Part shown: positions 25,689 through 28,516 of the stretch, piece by piece
Layout: each line of letters opens with the position of its first letter
Position numbering within the stretch: the first letter of the stretch is position 1
Assembly (NCBI GenBank): GCA_045046875.1
Contig: JASFYY010000070.1
Coordinates: forward strand, 1-28,516
Length of the DNA stretch: 28,516 nt
Direction of reading: 5' to 3'
Origin: Verrucomicrobiota bacterium
GTDB taxonomy: Bacteria > Verrucomicrobiota > Verrucomicrobiia > Verrucomicrobiales > DEV007
Program-made: the position numbers and the translations under genes
Notes under the pieces: generated by a model
Seen by the model: the letters and a program-made list of their open reading frames with translations, nothing else
What the model was told of the DNA's origin: nothing
Database searches by the model: none

Positions 25689-28516
25689 AGGAAGAACCAC
25701 TACATCCATGGATCGAACCCGAACTCGAAGCGCGCATCGTCGCTTTGGTGTTAGGCGAAGCGTCCGACTTCGAAAGCGAAGAACTGGAACGCCTGATCGA
25801 AGAAAAAGCGGAACTGGCGATGTTCAAAAAACGCATGCAGGCAGTGCATGGCTTGTTGCGTGAGGTAGCGACCGGTGAAAGTCTGGAAGAGGAAAAAAAC
25901 TGGAAACTGGGCGATGAAAAACGCCAGGCGCTGCTGGCGGTGATTGATGGGGAGGAGAAAAGCACGGCAACAAAAAAAGAGGCACGCAAAGATCCAGTAA
26001 GTTTGAAAACCGCGCCCCTGAAAGCGACCTCTTCGCGCCCACATGAAAAAAGCAGCGGTAAAAAAGAAAAAGCTTCCGCACTAAGCATAGCCATCATCGT
26101 GCACTTGGGTCTGGCTGCCTTACTGATGCTTTATGTCGTTTACAGCCCGGCACCCCAATCTCCACAGTTTGCCATACAATCGAGAGCTTATTCTGATTCA
26201 GACGACATCTCCTCGGAGAAAGTAATGAAAATGCAAAAGAGCAGACGCGCCCCTACCTCCCCCGCCCACCGCTACACCATCAACGAAGCAGATATCGTTA
26301 GCCGCAGCCTATCCTCCGTTGGCCCCGCAGATGCTGCATCGGTAGCTAAGACTGACAGCCGAAAGGAATCACGTACGTCCCTATCTTCGATCCGTGGCAA
26401 TTTGGCGAGATACTCTCCCACCGCTAAAGAGCCAGCCCTTATCGAAAGTAAACTTAAAAACATCATCCTGCCTAAAGTAGAATTCCAGGATACACCCTTA
26501 AAAGAAGCGCTCGCCACCCTTCAAGAACAAAGCGCAGAGTTTGATCGGCTATCGTCGAATCCTGCCACTAAAGGCGTCAATTTCAACCTGAGTGAATCGG
26601 TGAAAGGAGCCGAAAATCTTGGCATCACCATGAAACTTTCAAATGTTCCTTTGGTCACAGCACTTAAATACACATCATCCTTGGCAAATATGAAATACAA
26701 AGTGGAATCCGGGGGAGTAGACATTGTTCCTTTGTCCTCTCCCTCCACTGATCTTCTCACCACAACTTACAAAGTATCTCCCTCTTTCATGGCTGCTACC
26801 GCTGAAAACAACGCAGATATAAACGCTGCAGCCGACCCTTTTGCAGAACCAGAGGAAGAAGCTTCCACACTGAAACGAAGAAGAACCGCCAAAAATATCT
26901 TAGTGGAAGCGGGAGTCACTTTTGCCCCTGGCGCGAGCGTCATTTATAATCCTGAAACTTCCGAACTGATCGTTCGCAACACACAAGACCAGCTGGAATT
27001 GGTGGAAGCCTATAAAGATTCAATCAAGGGCAAATCCGAGGGACTTTCTTTCCCGGACATGAATGACAACACAGACGCCCCTGCACAACCCTTCGTCATC
27101 AGTTCATTCGCTTCTTCGCCAATAGCCATCCCTGAGCTTGACCAGGAAGAAAGCGTTGATGACGGCTTGGTTTCGATGTCATCAGATACAACAGCTGGAT
27201 TCGGAATAGCGACAGCTTCTAATGGCTCTGTGATTCTCAAACCCGAAGAGGGGAATACAAACTCTCTACTGAGAAAATCAGTTTCCCTCGACGAAATGTC
27301 AGACACAAAAAGCCCCCACCTGGGACATGGGCAAACCACCCCCATCACCATACTTGGAGAAAGTTCAAACGTGCCACAAAGCGCGCCGCTCATCGCCAGT
27401 GCAGGCGCTGTCAACGGCGGAACCGTGACCACTATTGGTGAAACGACAGAAATGGTCACTATCAATCCTGAGATGGAGGTAAAGCAAAGGACAAGGCTTA
27501 CCTCCAGATCAAATGACGGAGCCACCGGAGGAAACATCTCCCAGCTTGGCGAGTCAAAGGTCACAGTCGCCCGCGAAGCTTCCATGGATGTGAGTGGCAT
27601 GACCGGAGGTGGGCAAGTCAATATCGGCGGCGGGTTCCAAGGAAATAACGAACAACAAAGAGACGCTAAGTTAAGCGATGGTTTTGAAACCAAAAATGTA
27701 GTGGACGCGCTCCCACCCCGACCTCAAAAAAGCAAGGCCCTGAAAACTAAAACGAAGAAAAAAGCGAACCGGGCCAACGCTAAGTCAGAATTGAAATCGC
27801 ACGGAAATACCTACACCTTAGCAAAAAATAATGCCGGAGCCCTTCGTGGCGCTGGATCCCCTACTATAAAAGGCAAAGTCGAACTGCTTAAAAAAGGCAA
27901 GCAAGTAAGCACGAATTCAACAGCCGGACTTTACGCCAGCACAACTAACGGCCATACCCGCGCCAAATTTCTTCAACAGGTGGCAGCTGGATGGGAATTA
28001 CCTGTTCCCACTAGAACTAGAGGTGATATGGAAATCGGCCCCAATAAACCAGTGGGAAGTAAAAGTGATGCCGAAGCCGCCAATAACTCTAGAGTCTCTC
28101 GAACCAATCAATCCCGCACTATAAGCCCCAGAGCCAAACTCAAAAAACAAACTGTAAGCACAGCCCCAAAAGTAACTGCCCGCAACGGTGGCCGTGTTGC
28201 GATTGAACAAAAACGGGGATTGATCAATACAAAGGATTACGCCCCCCCTCAAATCCCTATAGATATAAACAAACAGACGATGGACAAAATATATCGCCGG
28301 GCTCCCGAAGTGGTCGGAGGAGGTCGTCGTTCCGGCACAACAAAAACAGACAAAATCGAAGTCACCGCAGGTGCCCCGATCACCCTTGGATTTGTAAAAG
28401 CTAAGAAAAAGCTTAGTGCAAAACCCTCTGCCTCCGCATCCATCCAAATCAAAAAATCTCCCGTCCCCAGTGGCCTCAACGAAAAATCTGCAATAACAGA
28501 AGCTTTCTCCACCTTC
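25685..28516 (+). CDS. Large membrane-anchored putative anti-sigma factor with a mosaic extracytoplasmic region and a probable YfbK-type vWA module; 3'-partial (at least 944 aa)
   Basis: ATGA overlap with the sigma stop codon, and the frame is open to the window end when translated by hand. N-terminus MKEEPLHPWIEPELEARIVALVLGEASDFESEELERLI; TM ALSIAIIVHLGLAALLMLYVVY (26078-26143). It ends GLNEKSAITEAFSTF, resembling the FSTFS start of YfbK/vWA-associated domains. Confidence 0.85.
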   Translation, partial: MKEEPLHPWIEPELEARIVALVLGEASDFESEELERLIEEKAELAMFKKRMQAVHGLLREVATGESLEEEKNWKLGDEKRQALLAVIDGEEKSTATKKEARKDPVSLKTAPLKATSSRPHEKSSGKKEKASALSIAIIVHLGLAALLMLYVVYSPAPQSPQFAIQSRAYSDSDDISSEKVMKMQKSRRAPTSPAHRYTINEADIVSRSLSSVGPADAASVAKTDSRKESRTSLSSIRGNLARYSPTAKEPALIESKLKNIILPKVEFQDTPLKEALATLQEQSAEFDRLSSNPATKGVNFNLSESVKGAENLGITMKLSNVPLVTALKYTSSLANMKYKVESGGVDIVPLSSPSTDLLTTTYKVSPSFMAATAENNADINAAADPFAEPEEEASTLKRRRTAKNILVEAGVTFAPGASVIYNPETSELIVRNTQDQLELVEAYKDSIKGKSEGLSFPDMNDNTDAPAQPFVISSFASSPIAIPELDQEESVDDGLVSMSSDTTAGFGIATASNGSVILKPEEGNTNSLLRKSVSLDEMSDTKSPHLGHGQTTPITILGESSNVPQSAPLIASAGAVNGGTVTTIGETTEMVTINPEMEVKQRTRLTSRSNDGATGGNISQLGESKVTVAREASMDVSGMTGGGQVNIGGGFQGNNEQQRDAKLSDGFETKNVVDALPPRPQKSKALKTKTKKKANRANAKSELKSHGNTYTLAKNNAGALRGAGSPTIKGKVELLKKGKQVSTNSTAGLYASTTNGHTRAKFLQQVAAGWELPVPTRTRGDMEIGPNKPVGSKSDAEAANNSRVSRTNQSRTISPRAKLKKQTVSTAPKVTARNGGRVAIEQKRGLINTKDYAPPQIPIDINKQTMDKIYRRAPEVVGGGRRSGTTKTDKIEVTAGAPITLGFVKAKKKLSAKPSASASIQIKKSPVPSGLNEKSAITEAFSTF

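Noticed and set aside
25603..28512. Minus-strand ORFs (25603..26097, 27010..27693, 27998..28447 and others)
   Set aside because: They are antisense shadows of the continuous + strand ORF starting at 25685, which is coupled to the sigma gene.
25685..28516. Calling the last ORF a true secretin or a haemagglutinin adhesin
   Set aside because: It has a cytoplasmic N-domain and an internal TM instead of a signal peptide, lacks a continuous barrel or beta-helix, and contains only partial, shuffled pieces.

Overview
This is bacterial chromosomal DNA, most likely from a PVC organism (Verrucomicrobia-like, inferred from the PSD1/DUF1501 pair, the WPxFRG beta-propeller and a PTPDL-like protein). From left to right it contains: a partial acidic Zn-ribbon protein with a (GEAE)n tandem repeat; lpdA, divergent from a very long single-chain pyruvate:ferredoxin oxidoreductase; a REP-like hairpin element; an AT-rich RHH antitoxin/VapC module with a clear operator; a TerB-like/FHA-like/ABCG fusion transporter; a ParA ATPase coupled to a protein with a Roadblock-like C-terminus; a PTPDL-like exported protein; hisB and hisH; a minus-strand exported-protein cluster (PSD1 cytochrome c, DUF1501, BNR, PQQ-like propeller, esterase); a REPIN-like element; and an ECF sigma factor. 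The sigma factor is translationally coupled to an ORF of at least 944 aa (25685 to the window end) that the ORF track misses because it has no stop codon in the window. That ORF is the most striking feature. It has an anti-sigma-like N-terminus, one TM helix and the apparent start of a YfbK-type vWA module at the window edge. Between these lies a roughly 780-aa patchwork of shuffled, diverged segments resembling a verrucomicrobial secretin and a filamentous-haemagglutinin-type adhesin. These family resemblances were recognised by eye from remembered motifs, not by database search, and need confirmation.
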